Counted from the first letter of the whole stretch, positions 19,757-30,512 are shown. The stretch: DNA of 63,041 bases, filler included, from Thermodesulfobacteriota bacterium (GCA_036381125.1; 6 parts of 6 records of this genome joined end to end with filler, not necessarily neighbours in it); one strand, 5' to 3'. The notes: generated by a model not told the origin, from the sequence alone. Made by a program: numbers and translations.

Positions 19757-20962
19757 ATGCGCCTTCCGAAGCGGATCGCCGCCTGGATCGCCGGATCGCT
19801 CGTCCTCGCGCTCCTCGCCTGGGCGTTCTGGCCGCGCCCGGTCGCCGTGGAGACCGGCGCCGTGACGCGCGGCCCGCTCGAGGTGACCGTCGGCGGCGAG
19901 GGCGAGACCCGCGTGCGCGATCGCTACGTCGTGTCCGCGCCGGTCGCCGGCCTCGTCCCGCGCATCACGCTCGACCCGGGCGACCCGGTCGAGCGCGGCC
20001 AGGCGCTGGCCGTCGTCGAGCCTGCCGTCCCCCCGCTCCTCGACGTCCGCAGCCGCGAGGAGCAGGTCGCGCGCGTCCGATCGGCCGAGGCGATGCTCGA
20101 TCGGGCCGAGGCCCGGGTCGCGCAGGCCGAGACCGCCCTCCGGCTCGCCGAGCGGGAGCTGGCGCGGCGGCGGCCGCTCGCGGCCGAGGGGCTCATCCCC
20201 GTGGCCGAACTCGACGCGGCAGAGGCCGAGGCGGCAAGCCGCATGCGGGAGCTCGAGGCGGCGAGGTCGGAGGCCCGGAGCGCCCGCTTCGACCTCGAGC
20301 GGGAGCGCGCCACCCTCATGGGCGTCGGGACCGACCCGTCCGCTCGCGCGAGGACGCCCGCCGGCCGGGTGGAGGTGCGGTCGCCGGTGGCGGGCCGCGT
20401 CCTGCGGGTCGTCCAGGAGAGCGCCGCCGTCGTGCCGGCCGGGGCGCCCCTCGTCGAGGTGGGGGACCCGCGCGACCTCGAGGTCGTCGTCGACCTCCTC
20501 TCGACCGACGCGGTGGCGGTTGAGCCCGGCGCTGCGGCGCGGCTCGAGGGATGGGGCGGCGGCGCGCCCTTGCCGGCCCGCGTGCGGCTCGTCGAGCCGT
20601 CGGGCTTCACGAAGGTCTCGGCGCTCGGCGTGGAGGAGCAGCGCGTGAACGTGGTCCTCGACTTCGCCGGGCCGGCGGACGGCCAGGCGGCGCTCGGCGA
20701 CGGCTACCGGGTCGACGTCCGGATCGTCGTCTGGGCGCGGCCGGACGTCCTGCAGGTCCCCGTCGGCGCCCTCTTCCGCGACGAGGACGGCTGGGCCGCG
20801 TTCGTCGTGGAGGACGGGCGAGCCCGCCGCCGGGCCGTGCAGGTCGGCCACCGGGGGGAGCGCGCCGCCGAGGTCCTCTCCGGCCTCACCGAGGGCGAGA
20901 CGGTGATCCTCTACCCGGGCGACCGCGTCGAGGAGGGGGGGCGGGTCACCGCCCGGCGGTGA
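19757..20962 (+). CDS. Efflux periplasmic adaptor (HlyD/RND MFP)
   Basis: N-terminal TM, lipoyl halves VSAPVAG / VRSPVAGRV, coiled coil and KVSALGVEEQRV. Confidence 0.9.
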   Translation: MRLPKRIAAWIAGSLVLALLAWAFWPRPVAVETGAVTRGPLEVTVGGEGETRVRDRYVVSAPVAGLVPRITLDPGDPVERGQALAVVEPAVPPLLDVRSREEQVARVRSAEAMLDRAEARVAQAETALRLAERELARRRPLAAEGLIPVAELDAAEAEAASRMRELEAARSEARSARFDLERERATLMGVGTDPSARARTPAGRVEVRSPVAGRVLRVVQESAAVVPAGAPLVEVGDPRDLEVVVDLLSTDAVAVEPGAAARLEGWGGGAPLPARVRLVEPSGFTKVSALGVEEQRVNVVLDFAGPADGQAALGDGYRVDVRIVVWARPDVLQVPVGALFRDEDGWAAFVVEDGRARRRAVQVGHRGERAAEVLSGLTEGETVILYPGDRVEEGGRVTARR

Positions 20963-21650
20963 ACCTGGCCGGCTCGCGCCGCCCCTCGGGGCCGCCGGCG
21001 TGCGGCGGAAGCTGGACGGTCGTGTCGATGCCATGGAGGACGGCCGCGACGTGCATGATGACGTGCCCGCCGACCGCGGCGACGGGACTGCCGGTCAGGA
21101 GGTAGGCCGCCGTGAGGGCGCTGTTGCCCGCAACGGGGCCCAGGACTGCGGCGCCGCGGAACTCGGGATACCCGAGATGGTACGCCGCCGTCACGAGCGC
21201 GCTTGCGAGCAGCGCGGCGGCCGCCGTCCGCACCCGGCCGAGCCGGCCGTCGGCTCCTGCCATCCGCCGCGCGGCGACGACCGGCATGACCGACAGGAAG
21301 AGCCCGTCGACCACGCCGTAGACGAGCCCCGGCCAGACGAGGGCGAAGACCAGGCCGAAGCCCTCGGGGGAGGCCGAGGGGGGCTGGGAGCGGACGTGCC
21401 GGAGCATGACGGCCCCCACCACGAGCGCGCCCGCCGCGCCCCGCGCCCACCGGCGACGCACGGTCTCGATCGGCGGCACGGCGGCCCATCGCGCGTAGGC
21501 GGCCAGGAACACGAGCACGAGGCCGACGTACGGAACGAGGTAGAGGTTTCGCGGCAGGCCGAGGGCGCCCGCGAAGGCGGCGGGTAGGAGAAAGCCGAGC
21601 GCGGCGGCGCCCAGGAGCCAGACGAGATGCCCCCGGCGCGCCGCCGCCAC
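20946..21650 (-). CDS. Hypothetical membrane protein
   Basis: Multiple hydrophobic segments; YHLGYPEFR and HVIMHVAAVLHG motifs. Confidence 0.6.
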   Translation of the reverse strand: MAAARRGHLVWLLGAAALGFLLPAAFAGALGLPRNLYLVPYVGLVLVFLAAYARWAAVPPIETVRRRWARGAAGALVVGAVMLRHVRSQPPSASPEGFGLVFALVWPGLVYGVVDGLFLSVMPVVAARRMAGADGRLGRVRTAAAALLASALVTAAYHLGYPEFRGAAVLGPVAGNSALTAAYLLTGSPVAAVGGHVIMHVAAVLHGIDTTVQLPPHAGGPEGRREPARFTAGR

Positions 21651-21659
21651 GCCGCGCGC

Positions 21660-22064
21660 TCAGTGGCCCGCCAGGTACTCGAAGACCGGCGGCCAGATCA
21701 GCGTCGTCGCCACCCCGAGGACGACCAGGAAGACGAGGAGCCACCGGGCGAGATCCAGCTCCCGCGACCGGAGCGCCCCGTGCAGGATCGCCCAGCTCCC
21801 GAGCCAGGCGACGAGCGACAGCGTCTCCTTGCCCGAGTACGGGCCGATCCCCTCGGCGCCCGGCATCCAGAGCTTGCCGACGCCGTGGACCCAGCTGTTG
21901 ACGGCGGGCGATGCCGCCGTGAGGACGTTCACGATCGCGAGGACGAGCGTGCCGCCGGCGGCGGCGAGCAGGGCGGCCACGGCGGCGCCGCTCGGCCTGG
22001 TCGCGGTGCCCTTCGCGACGAGCACCTCGGCCGTGTAGGTCTCCACCGATTCCTTCGTGCGCAT
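21660..22064 (-). CDS. Hypothetical membrane protein (GPYSGK motif)
   Basis: Three TM segments; GAGGAGG SD upstream. Confidence 0.7.
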   Translation of the reverse strand: MRTKESVETYTAEVLVAKGTATRPSGAAVAALLAAAGGTLVLAIVNVLTAASPAVNSWVHGVGKLWMPGAEGIGPYSGKETLSLVAWLGSWAILHGALRSRELDLARWLLVFLVVLGVATTLIWPPVFEYLAGH

Positions 22065-22191
22065 GGCGACACCTCCTCACGCGGGCCGCAGNNNNNNNNN
22101 NNNNNNNNNNNNNNNNNNNNNNNNNNNNNNNNNNNTTAATTAATTAANNNNNNNNNNNNNNNNNNNNNNNNNNNNNNNNNNNNNNNNNNNN

Positions 22192-22854
22192 CCGCTGGCC
22201 GCCCTGGTCGTGGCCGCGCTCTCGCTGGTCCTCGAGCGGCTGGTGTTCCGCTGGTTCTACCAGAAGATGTTCCAGAGCATGATCGGCCTGCTCGGCCTGA
22301 ACATGGCCCTGATGTTCTCCGGCGTGATCGTCTGGGACGTCTACGAGCGCTCCATCCCGCCCGCGCTGGGCGGGATCCTCCAGGTCGGCGGGCTGATCCT
22401 GCCGGCCGATCGACTGATGGTCATGGGCATCGCCGCGGCCGTGCTCGCGGCCTTCTGGGTCTTCATGACCCGGACGCGCCAGGGCCTCGCCATGCGCGCG
22501 GCCGCGCAGGACGTGGAGATCGCCGAGACGCAGGGCATCGACACGTCGTTCATCTATCGCCTGGCGTTCTTCATCGCGATCTTCATGGCGGCGTTGGCGG
22601 GCGGGCTCTACGCCCAGGTCTACGCCCTGTCGCCGTTCATGGGCGAGCGGCCCCTGATGGTCGCCTTCATCGTCGTCATCCTGGGCGGCATGGGGAGCAT
22701 CCCGGGCGCGGCGCTGGGCGGCGTGATCCTGGGCTTCGCCGAGAGCTTCCTCTCGACGTTCTACGGGGCGGCGGTCTCGACCTTCGTGTCCTTCGGCGTG
22801 GTGATCGCGCTCCTGATCTTCAGGCCGTCCGGCCTGCTGGGTACGGCGGAATGA
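22192..22854 (+). CDS. Branched-chain amino acid-type ABC permease, LivH-like (partial)
   Basis: TRQGLAMRAAAQD and AFIVVILGGMGSIPGA. Confidence 0.9.
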   Translation, partial: PLAALVVAALSLVLERLVFRWFYQKMFQSMIGLLGLNMALMFSGVIVWDVYERSIPPALGGILQVGGLILPADRLMVMGIAAAVLAAFWVFMTRTRQGLAMRAAAQDVEIAETQGIDTSFIYRLAFFIAIFMAALAGGLYAQVYALSPFMGERPLMVAFIVVILGGMGSIPGAALGGVILGFAESFLSTFYGAAVSTFVSFGVVIALLIFRPSGLLGTAE

Positions 22855-23804
22855 AGCACGGCCGGCGCCGGGCGTGGATCGTCGGCGGCCTCGCGGCGGC
22901 GGTCCTCCTGCTCTGGCCGCTGGTGCACGCCAATCAGTTCCTGCTCACCATGGCGACGCTCGTGCTGCTGACGCTGATCGGCGCGACCAGCCTGCACCTC
23001 GTCATCCGCACGGGCCACTTCTCGCTGGGGCACGCGGCCTTCATGGGGGTGGGCGGCTACACCTGCGTCCTGACGGTCATGAAGCTGGGTGTCCCCTTCG
23101 CGCTCGGCCTCCTGGCCGGGGCGGCGGCGTCGGGCCTCCTCGCGCTGCTGATCGGGCCCGTGGTGCTGCGGCTCACCGGCAAGTACTTCGCGCTGGTGAC
23201 GTTCCTGCTCGGCGAGATCATCCGCATGGTCTTCGTCGAGTGGGTGTCGCTGACGGGCGGGTCGAACGGGATCTTCGGCGTTCCGGCGCCCCACCCGGCC
23301 GTCGAGTCGCCGGTCGGCTACTACTACCTCGCGCTCGCCGCGGCGGCGGTCTGCGTCGGGCTCTGCGCCCGCATCCTCGCCTCCGAGGTCGGGCGGGCGA
23401 TGGACGCGGTGCGGGAATCGGATCGCGTGGCCGAGTGCTCGGGCGTGCCGGTCATCCGCCTCAAGGTCACGGTCTTCGTCATCGCCTGCGCCCTGGTCGG
23501 CGTGCAGGGGGCGCTGCTCGCGCACTTCCTGCGCTACATCGACCCCACCGCCTTCGGCATGGTCCCGTCGCTGAACCTGGTCGTGATGAACGTCATCGGC
23601 GGCATGCACCACCTGGGCGGTGCGATCATCGGCTCGGTCTTCCTCGTCGCGCTGCCCGAGCTGCTGCGCGGCTACGTCGAGCTGCAGCAGGTCATCTTCG
23701 GCATCGTCCTGATCGTCGTCATGGCGGCGCTGCCCGGCGGCATGGTCGAGGTCGCCGGCAGGCTCCGACGGCTCGTCGCCGACCGCGCGGCGGAGAGGTC
23801 TTGA
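22851..23804 (+). CDS. Branched-chain amino acid-type ABC permease, LivM-like
   Basis: GHFSLGHAAFMGVGGY, LRLTGKYFAL and TGGSNGI. Confidence 0.9.
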   Translation: MKHGRRRAWIVGGLAAAVLLLWPLVHANQFLLTMATLVLLTLIGATSLHLVIRTGHFSLGHAAFMGVGGYTCVLTVMKLGVPFALGLLAGAAASGLLALLIGPVVLRLTGKYFALVTFLLGEIIRMVFVEWVSLTGGSNGIFGVPAPHPAVESPVGYYYLALAAAAVCVGLCARILASEVGRAMDAVRESDRVAECSGVPVIRLKVTVFVIACALVGVQGALLAHFLRYIDPTAFGMVPSLNLVVMNVIGGMHHLGGAIIGSVFLVALPELLRGYVELQQVIFGIVLIVVMAALPGGMVEVAGRLRRLVADRAAERS

Positions 23805-23805
23805 G

Positions 23806-24588
23806 ATGACGCCGCTCCTTCGGGTCGAGGGCCTGGGGTGCACCTTCGGCGGCCTGAAGGCCGTCAGCGACCTGAGCTTCACCGTCGGCCGGGGAGAGAT
23901 CCTCGGCCTCATCGGGCCCAACGGCGCCGGCAAGACGACGGTCGTCAACCTGATCAGCGGCGTGATCCGGCCGACCTCCGGCCGGGTGACGTTCGACGGC
24001 GCGGACGTGACCGGCATGGCCCCGCACGCGCTCGCCCGCCTGGGCCTCGTGCGGACGTTCCAGGCGACCGTGGTCTACGCCGAGCGCACCGTGCGGGAGA
24101 ACGCGCTACGCGGCGCCTATCTGAAGCTCTATCCCGGCTTCCTCGCGACGATGCTGGACACCGCGACGGCCAGGCGGATGCGCGCGGACGCGGAGGGCAT
24201 GGTCGATCGGCTGCTCGGATGGCTCGGGCTCGACCGGGTGGCCGACCAGGTCGCGGGCAGCCTGCCCTACGGGCACCAGAAGACGCTGGGCATCGTGATC
24301 GCGCTCGCGGCCGAACCGCGGCTGATCATGCTCGACGAGCCGGCGGCCGGTCTCAGCGCGGAGGAGGCCGACCACGTCCGCGACACCATCAAGCGCGTGC
24401 GCGACCTCGGCATCACCGTCGTCGTGATCGACCACAACATGCGCTTCATCTCGGGCCTCTGCGACCGCGTGGTGGTGATCCATCACGGTCAGGAGCTGGC
24501 GCAGGGCAAGCCGCAGGACGTGCTGCGGACGCCCAGCGTCATCGAGGCCTATCTGGGGACGCGCCATGCCGCTGCTCGGAATCGCTGA
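23806..24588 (+). CDS. ABC ATP-binding protein, LivG-like
   Basis: FGGLKAV, GPNGAGKTT, LDEPAAG and VIEAYLG. Confidence 0.92.
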   Translation: MTPLLRVEGLGCTFGGLKAVSDLSFTVGRGEILGLIGPNGAGKTTVVNLISGVIRPTSGRVTFDGADVTGMAPHALARLGLVRTFQATVVYAERTVRENALRGAYLKLYPGFLATMLDTATARRMRADAEGMVDRLLGWLGLDRVADQVAGSLPYGHQKTLGIVIALAAEPRLIMLDEPAAGLSAEEADHVRDTIKRVRDLGITVVVIDHNMRFISGLCDRVVVIHHGQELAQGKPQDVLRTPSVIEAYLGTRHAAARNR

Positions 24589-25276
24589 CCTCAAGGTCCG
24601 CTACGGGCGGATCTTCGGCACCAACGGCGTGACGTTCTCGGTGGGGGAGCGCGAGATCGTCGCCCTCGTGGGCTCCAACGGCGCCGGAAAGAGCAGCACG
24701 CTCAAGGCGATCCTCGGCATGGTCCCGTACCCGACCGGCGACGTCGTGTGGGACGGCCGCAGCCTCAAGGGCCGCAAGCCGTCGGACATCATGCGGATGG
24801 GCATCGGCTTCTCGCCGGAGGGCCGGCGCGTCTTCCCGGGGCTGACCGTCTTCGAGAACCTGAAGGTGGGCGCCTACAGCCGCGCGCCGCACGAGTTCGA
24901 GGACCGGCTCGAGCAGATATACGGCTACTTCCCGCGCCTGCGCGAGCGTTCCGGCCAACGGGCCAGCAGCCTGTCCGGCGGCGAGCAGCAGATGCTCGCG
25001 ATCGGTCGCGCGCTGATGAGCCGCCCGAGGCTGTTCCTGCTCGACGAGCCGTCGCTCGGGCTCGCGCCGATCGTCGTCGAGCGGATCGGCGACATCCTGC
25101 GCGAGGTACAGGAGAAGGAGGGGATCTCCGTGATCCTGGCCGAGCAGAACGCGAACTGGGCGATGAGCATCGCCAGTCGCGCGGTGATCCTGGAGCTGGG
25201 CCGGAACGTGGCCGAGGGGCCTTCGAGCGAGCTGATGCGCGACCCGAAGATCCGCAGCGCCTACCTCGGCGTGTGA
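24566..25276 (+). CDS. ABC ATP-binding protein, LivF-like
   Basis: GSNGAGKS, PEGRRVF and LSGGEQQMLAIGRALM. Confidence 0.92.
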   Translation: MPLLGIADLKVRYGRIFGTNGVTFSVGEREIVALVGSNGAGKSSTLKAILGMVPYPTGDVVWDGRSLKGRKPSDIMRMGIGFSPEGRRVFPGLTVFENLKVGAYSRAPHEFEDRLEQIYGYFPRLRERSGQRASSLSGGEQQMLAIGRALMSRPRLFLLDEPSLGLAPIVVERIGDILREVQEKEGISVILAEQNANWAMSIASRAVILELGRNVAEGPSSELMRDPKIRSAYLGV

Positions 25277-25283
25277 GCGGGCG

Positions 25284-26045
25284 ATGAAGCTGAGGGACAG
25301 GGTTGCCGCCGTCACCGGCGGCGCCTCGGGCATCGGCGCCGCCATCGGCAGCCGCTTTGCCGCCGAGGGGGCGAAGGTGGCCCTCGCCGACGTCGACCGG
25401 GACGGCCTGCGGCGGACCGCCGCGGAGATCGAGGCGAAGGGCGGCGAGGCGCTCGCGCTCGAGGCCGACGTGACCAGCGCGGAGGCGACGCGCGACGCCG
25501 TCGCGCGCATCGTCGAGCGCTGGGGCCGGATCGACGTGCTCGTGACCTGCGCCGGCATCTCGGTCGGCGGCACCATGGCGACGATCGACGAGGCGCTGTG
25601 GGACCGGGTCTTCGCGGTCAACGTGAAGGGCACGTACCTCTGGGTCCGCGAGGTGCTCCCGCACATGATCGCCGCCGGGGCCGGGTCGATCGTCACGCTC
25701 GGCTCCCAGCTCGCGGTGTCCGGCGGCCGCAACAACGCGGCCTACATCGCGTCCAAGGGGGCGATCGTCGCCCTGACCAGGACGATGGCGGTCGACCACG
25801 CGGCCCAGGGCATCCGCGTGAACGCGCTGATGCCGGGCGTCATCGACACGCCGATGTCGCGCAAGTCCCTCACGCGCTACGCGGACGTCGACGCCACGCG
25901 CGAGCGCTGGGCGCGGCGCCACGCGATGGGCCGGTTCGGGACGCCGCACGAGGTCGCGAGCGCCGCGCTCTTCCTCGCGTCCGACGAGTCGTCGTTCACC
26001 ACCGGGAGCCTGCTGTTCGTCGACGGGGGGTGGACGGCGATGTGA
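25284..26045 (+). CDS. SDR-family oxidoreductase
   Basis: TGGASGIG, YIASK and VDGG. Confidence 0.92.
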   Translation: MKLRDRVAAVTGGASGIGAAIGSRFAAEGAKVALADVDRDGLRRTAAEIEAKGGEALALEADVTSAEATRDAVARIVERWGRIDVLVTCAGISVGGTMATIDEALWDRVFAVNVKGTYLWVREVLPHMIAAGAGSIVTLGSQLAVSGGRNNAAYIASKGAIVALTRTMAVDHAAQGIRVNALMPGVIDTPMSRKSLTRYADVDATRERWARRHAMGRFGTPHEVASAALFLASDESSFTTGSLLFVDGGWTAM

Positions 26046-26106
26046 CGCCGTCCGGTGCCGGAAGGGGGCCGGCCGCGGCGCCGGAGGCAGGAGGAGGCCG
26101 TTTGCC

Positions 26107-26946
26107 ATGGGCAAGAAGCTCACGGACGCGCAGATCGAGCAGTACCGTCGGAACGGATTCGTCTATCCCGTCGACGCCTTCGGCCGCGAGCGGGCGCAGG
26201 GCTATCGCCGCCGGATGGAGAGCTTCGAGCGGGCCCAGGGCATGCAGCTCACCAAGGGGCAGAACTTCAAGCCCCACCTCCTCTTCACGTGGGTGGACGA
26301 GATCGTCCACCACCCGGCGGTGCTGGACGCGGTCGAGGACCTCATCGGCCCGAACATCCGGCTCTTCCACCTGTCGGTCTGGCCGAAGAACGCCAACGAC
26401 CCGGCGTTCGTCGGCTGGCATCAGGACGCGACGTACTTCGGCCTCGAGCCGCCGGAGCAGGTGACCGCCTGGGTGGCGCTCTCCGACGCGCCGGTCGAGG
26501 CCGGCTGCATGGAGGTGGTGCCCGGGTCCCACAAGCTGGGGCAACTCCACCACGGCGAGACGCACTCGGCCCACAACCTGCTGTCGCGCGGCCAGACGCT
26601 GACGGTGGACTTCGACCGCAGCCGCACCGAGTTCATGCCGGTCGAGGCGGGACAGTTCTCGCTGCACCACACGCACCTGATCCACGCCTCCGGGCCGAAC
26701 CGGTCGGGCGACCGGCGGATCGGCCTCGGCATCAGCTACATCCCGACGCACGCGCGCTGCACCAGCTCCGTGCGCCTGACGGCGATGCTCGTGCGAGGCG
26801 TGGACACCTACGGCTACTACGACGACGAGCCGCGCCCGCGCGTCGACTACGGCGAGGCGGAGCGGGCGTTCCACCGCGACGCCGTGGCGCGCTTCGTCGA
26901 GTCGAACAGGCAGCAGCGACTGAAGTACGAGACGGTGGAGCCCTGA
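26107..26946 (+). CDS. PhyH-family Fe(II)/2-oxoglutarate dioxygenase
   Basis: WHQD, VTAWVAL, VPGSHK and HASGPNRSGDRR. Confidence 0.9.
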   Translation: MGKKLTDAQIEQYRRNGFVYPVDAFGRERAQGYRRRMESFERAQGMQLTKGQNFKPHLLFTWVDEIVHHPAVLDAVEDLIGPNIRLFHLSVWPKNANDPAFVGWHQDATYFGLEPPEQVTAWVALSDAPVEAGCMEVVPGSHKLGQLHHGETHSAHNLLSRGQTLTVDFDRSRTEFMPVEAGQFSLHHTHLIHASGPNRSGDRRIGLGISYIPTHARCTSSVRLTAMLVRGVDTYGYYDDEPRPRVDYGEAERAFHRDAVARFVESNRQQRLKYETVEP

Positions 26947-27013
26947 GCCCGCGCCGCCGCGACGACTGCTCGACCTTCTCAGCCCGCAGCATCCTGCCAG
27001 GGAGGAACCGGAC

Positions 27014-27919
27014 ATGCGTTTGCCGCACCACGGACGCTACGACTACTCGGCGCTCAAGCATCGCCAGAACTACGATTGGCCCGGAGGCCGGCGCCTGGCG
27101 GTCTACGTCGCTGTCAACATCGAGCATTTCGCGTTCGGGACCGGGCTGGGGCATTCGGTCTCGACCGAGCTGCCGCAGCCCGACCCTCGGACCTTCGCGT
27201 GGCGCGACTACGGCAACCGCGTCGGCGTGTGGCGGCTCTTCGACCTGCTGGACCACCTGGGCCTTCCGGCGTGCCACCTGGTGAACACCGCGATCTTCGA
27301 CTACTGCCCGGAGGTGGTGGAGCCGATCCGCGCTCGCGGCGACGAGATCATCGGGCATGGCCGCACGAACGCGGAGCGTCAGGGCCAGATGTGGGAGGAG
27401 GACGAGGCGCGGTTGATCGCCCACGTGCGCGACGAGATCGAGAAGCACGGCGGCAGGCGGCCGCGCGGCTGGATGGGGCCGTGGATGTCCCAGAGCCTGG
27501 TGACGCCGGACCTGCTGAAGGAGGCGGGGTTCGAGTTCCTGATGGACTGGCCGTGCGACGATCAGCCGATCTGGCTGCGGACCCGGTCGGGCAAGTTGAT
27601 GTCGGTGCCGTATCCGCTCGAGATCAACGACTCGCCGCAGATCCTGGTCCGGCGCCACACCCCCGTGGAGTTCGAGCAGATGATCGTCGAGCAGTTCGAG
27701 GAGATGCTCGAGCTGTCGGCCGAGCAGCCCCTGGTCTGCGGCATCGCCCTGCACACCGTGGTCTTCGGCCACCCGTACCGGCTGCGGGCGTTGCGCCGCG
27801 CGCTGAAGCACATCGTGGAGCACCCCGGCCGCGACAGGGTGTGGTTCACCCGGCCCGGCGAGATCTTCGACCACTGCGCGGCGCTCCCGAAGGGAGTGGT
27901 CCCCGGCAGCCGGGACTGA
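27014..27919 (+). CDS. Polysaccharide deacetylase-family (PuuE allantoinase-like) hydrolase
   Basis: WPGGRRLAVYVAVNIEHF, RDYGNRVG and DDQP. Confidence 0.85.
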   Translation: MRLPHHGRYDYSALKHRQNYDWPGGRRLAVYVAVNIEHFAFGTGLGHSVSTELPQPDPRTFAWRDYGNRVGVWRLFDLLDHLGLPACHLVNTAIFDYCPEVVEPIRARGDEIIGHGRTNAERQGQMWEEDEARLIAHVRDEIEKHGGRRPRGWMGPWMSQSLVTPDLLKEAGFEFLMDWPCDDQPIWLRTRSGKLMSVPYPLEINDSPQILVRRHTPVEFEQMIVEQFEEMLELSAEQPLVCGIALHTVVFGHPYRLRALRRALKHIVEHPGRDRVWFTRPGEIFDHCAALPKGVVPGSRD

Positions 27920-27942
27920 TCGGACGCGCGGCAGGGGCGGCG

Positions 27943-28989
27943 ATGAGCGTGCTCGTGACCGGCGGGGCCGGCTTCGTCGGCCTCAACCTCGTCGAGGCGC
28001 TGCTCGCACGCGGCGAGGCGGTCGTCGTCTTCGACCGGTCGGCGCCGCCGCCCGCCTTCCGCGCGGCGGTCGCCCGGCGGCCGGGGCGGCTCGTGACGGT
28101 CGAGGGCGACGTGCGCGACCGCGAGGCGCTGGCGCGGGCGTTCGACGACCACGGCGTCGACCGCGTCTTCCACGGCGCGGCGATCACCGCCGGGCCCGCA
28201 CGCGAGCGGCAGGCGCCGGCCGACGTCCTCGACGTCAACCTCATGGGCACGCTGGCTGTGCTGGAGGCGGCCCGAGACCGCGGCGTTCGGCGGTTCCTGT
28301 ATCCCAGCTCGCTCACCGTCTACGGCGAGAGCCTGTACGCCCGCGAGGTGGTGGACGAGGAGACGACGCCGCCGGTGCCCGAGGGGCTCTACGCCATCAC
28401 CAAGTATGCCGGCGAGCGGCTCGCGCTGCGATTCGGCGCGCTCTGGGGGCTCGACGTGGTCGCGGCGCGCATCGGCTCGGTCTTCGGGCCGTGGGAGGCC
28501 GACTCGGGCGCACGCGACCTCCTGAGCCCGTTCTGGCAGGTGGCGGCCGCGGCAGCGGCCGGCAGGCCGGTCACGCTCCCGCGGGCCCCGCTCCGGCGGG
28601 AGCTGATCTACAGCCGCGACCTGGCCGACGCGCTGGTCCTGCTCCTCTTCGCGGAGCGACGCCGCTTCGACCTCTACAACGTCGCCGTGAAGGCGGACTG
28701 GAGCGATGCGCTGCTGCGCTGGTGCCGGCTCGTGGCGGAGACCGTGCCCGGCTTCGTCTGGCGGGTGGCCGAGGCGGACGAGGCGGCCACCATCACGTAC
28801 CACGACGAGCGGCCGCGAGGGCGCCAGGCCGTCGAGCGCCTGGCCCGCGACCTCGGCTTCGTCCCGCGGTTCGACCGGGACGGCAGTCTCGCCGACTACG
28901 CGCGCTGGCTCGCGGCCGCCCGCGGCGCCGTCGAGCCCACGCCGGGCGTCCGGGACCGGGCCCCGACGTCTTCCCGGCCGTCCGGCTAG
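27943..28989 (+). CDS. NAD-dependent epimerase/dehydratase
   Basis: VLVTGGAGFVG and YAITK. Confidence 0.88.
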   Translation: MSVLVTGGAGFVGLNLVEALLARGEAVVVFDRSAPPPAFRAAVARRPGRLVTVEGDVRDREALARAFDDHGVDRVFHGAAITAGPARERQAPADVLDVNLMGTLAVLEAARDRGVRRFLYPSSLTVYGESLYAREVVDEETTPPVPEGLYAITKYAGERLALRFGALWGLDVVAARIGSVFGPWEADSGARDLLSPFWQVAAAAAAGRPVTLPRAPLRRELIYSRDLADALVLLLFAERRRFDLYNVAVKADWSDALLRWCRLVAETVPGFVWRVAEADEAATITYHDERPRGRQAVERLARDLGFVPRFDRDGSLADYARWLAAARGAVEPTPGVRDRAPTSSRPSG

Positions 28990-29081
28990 CGCCGTTCTGC
29001 CCGGGGCGGTCCAACGACCTGACGCCGCGGCGCGGCGGGGGGCCCTGCCGGGGCCGCGCCGCGAGGCTTCGCAGCCGCAGC

Positions 29082-30512
29082 CTAGAGGACCGGCACCTTC
29101 CGATGGTGGTCGGTCGCCTGCTGGTAGGCGTTGACGACGCGCAGGAGCAGCGCCTCCGCAAAGGGGCGCCCGACGAGCTGATACGCAATCGGCAGCCCCT
29201 TGCGGCAGAAGCCGCAGGGGACGCTGACCGCCGGCAGCCCCAGCAGGTTGAACGGCCGGGTGAACGCGGTGATCCTGCCGACCACGGCCACCACGGCTTC
29301 GCCGCCCGCGCCGTCGACGTCGGTCTCCTCGAGGGTCGGGACGGGAATGGGGAGCACCGGGAGATGGAGCAGATCGACCTCCGCCATCGTCTCGGCGAGG
29401 AAGCGCTCCGTCATCGTCGCCCGCAGGCGCAGCGCGTCGATGTACTGCGTCGCCGGGATGTGGAAGCCCGCCTCGATGCGCAGCCGGACGTGCTTGCCGT
29501 AGTCCTGCGGCCGCGCCTCGAGCCACGGCCGGTGCATCGCCGCGGCCTCGCACTTGATGATCGTCTCGGCGACGTGGAAGAGCGCCGTCAGGTCCGGGAG
29601 CGGCACGACCCGGACGCCCGCGCCGAGCTTCTCGAGAACTCGGAGGCTGGCCTCGAGCGCGGAGGCGACCTCCGGATCGATCGCGCCGGCGATGGCGTCC
29701 CCCGGCACGCCGATCCGGATCCCGGCCAGGGACGTGTCCTCCATCGGGGCCAGCAGGTCCCCGACCGGCCGGTGGCTCGTCGTCGGGTCGCGCGGGTCGG
29801 GGCCGGCGATGACCTGGAGCAGCAGGGCGCAGTCCCGGGCGGTGCGGGCGATGGGCCCGACGTGGTCCAGGCTCCAGGAGCGGGCGATGGCGCCGTGGCG
29901 AGTGACCCGCCCGTAGGTCGGCTTCAGGCCGACGACGCCGTTCGCCGCCGCCGGCAGGCGCACCGAGGCGCCGGTGTCGGAGCCGAGCGCACCGTACACC
30001 AGCCTGGCCGCGACGGCGGCGCCGGAGCCGCTCGAGGAGCCGCCCGCGATGTGGGCGCGGTCGAAGGCGTTGCGGCAATGCCCGTAATGCACGTTGTGGC
30101 CGGTCGGGCCGGCGGCGAACTCCGACATGTTGAGCCGGCCGACCTCCACGGCACCGGCGCCGTCGAGCCGCTCCATCAGCGTCGAGGTGGTGGCGGCCAC
30201 CGCATCCCGCAGGATCAGGCTGCCGCCGGTCGACACCCGGCCCTTGCGCAGGAACATGTCCTTGTGGGCCAGCGGCACGCCGTGCAGCGGGCCGCGCCGG
30301 TAGCCCCTGGCGAGCTCCGCGTCGCGCGCGGCGGCGGCCGCGAGGGCGCCCTCCCGGTCGATCGCGATGAAGCAGTTCAGGGCCGGCTGCCAGGCCTCGA
30401 TCCGGGCGAGGCAGGCCTCGGTGGCCGCGACGGCGGTGGTCCGGCCCTCGGCGATGGCGGCCGCGACCTCCGAGAGGTCCAGCAGGGGGAGATCGTCGAG
30501 GCGCGGCGTCAT
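29082..30512 (-). CDS. Amidase signature family enzyme
   Basis: GPLHGVPLAHKD, GGSSSGSGAA and GSDTGASVRLPA. Confidence 0.93.
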   Translation of the reverse strand: MTPRLDDLPLLDLSEVAAAIAEGRTTAVAATEACLARIEAWQPALNCFIAIDREGALAAAAARDAELARGYRRGPLHGVPLAHKDMFLRKGRVSTGGSLILRDAVAATTSTLMERLDGAGAVEVGRLNMSEFAAGPTGHNVHYGHCRNAFDRAHIAGGSSSGSGAAVAARLVYGALGSDTGASVRLPAAANGVVGLKPTYGRVTRHGAIARSWSLDHVGPIARTARDCALLLQVIAGPDPRDPTTSHRPVGDLLAPMEDTSLAGIRIGVPGDAIAGAIDPEVASALEASLRVLEKLGAGVRVVPLPDLTALFHVAETIIKCEAAAMHRPWLEARPQDYGKHVRLRIEAGFHIPATQYIDALRLRATMTERFLAETMAEVDLLHLPVLPIPVPTLEETDVDGAGGEAVVAVVGRITAFTRPFNLLGLPAVSVPCGFCRKGLPIAYQLVGRPFAEALLLRVVNAYQQATDHHRKVPVL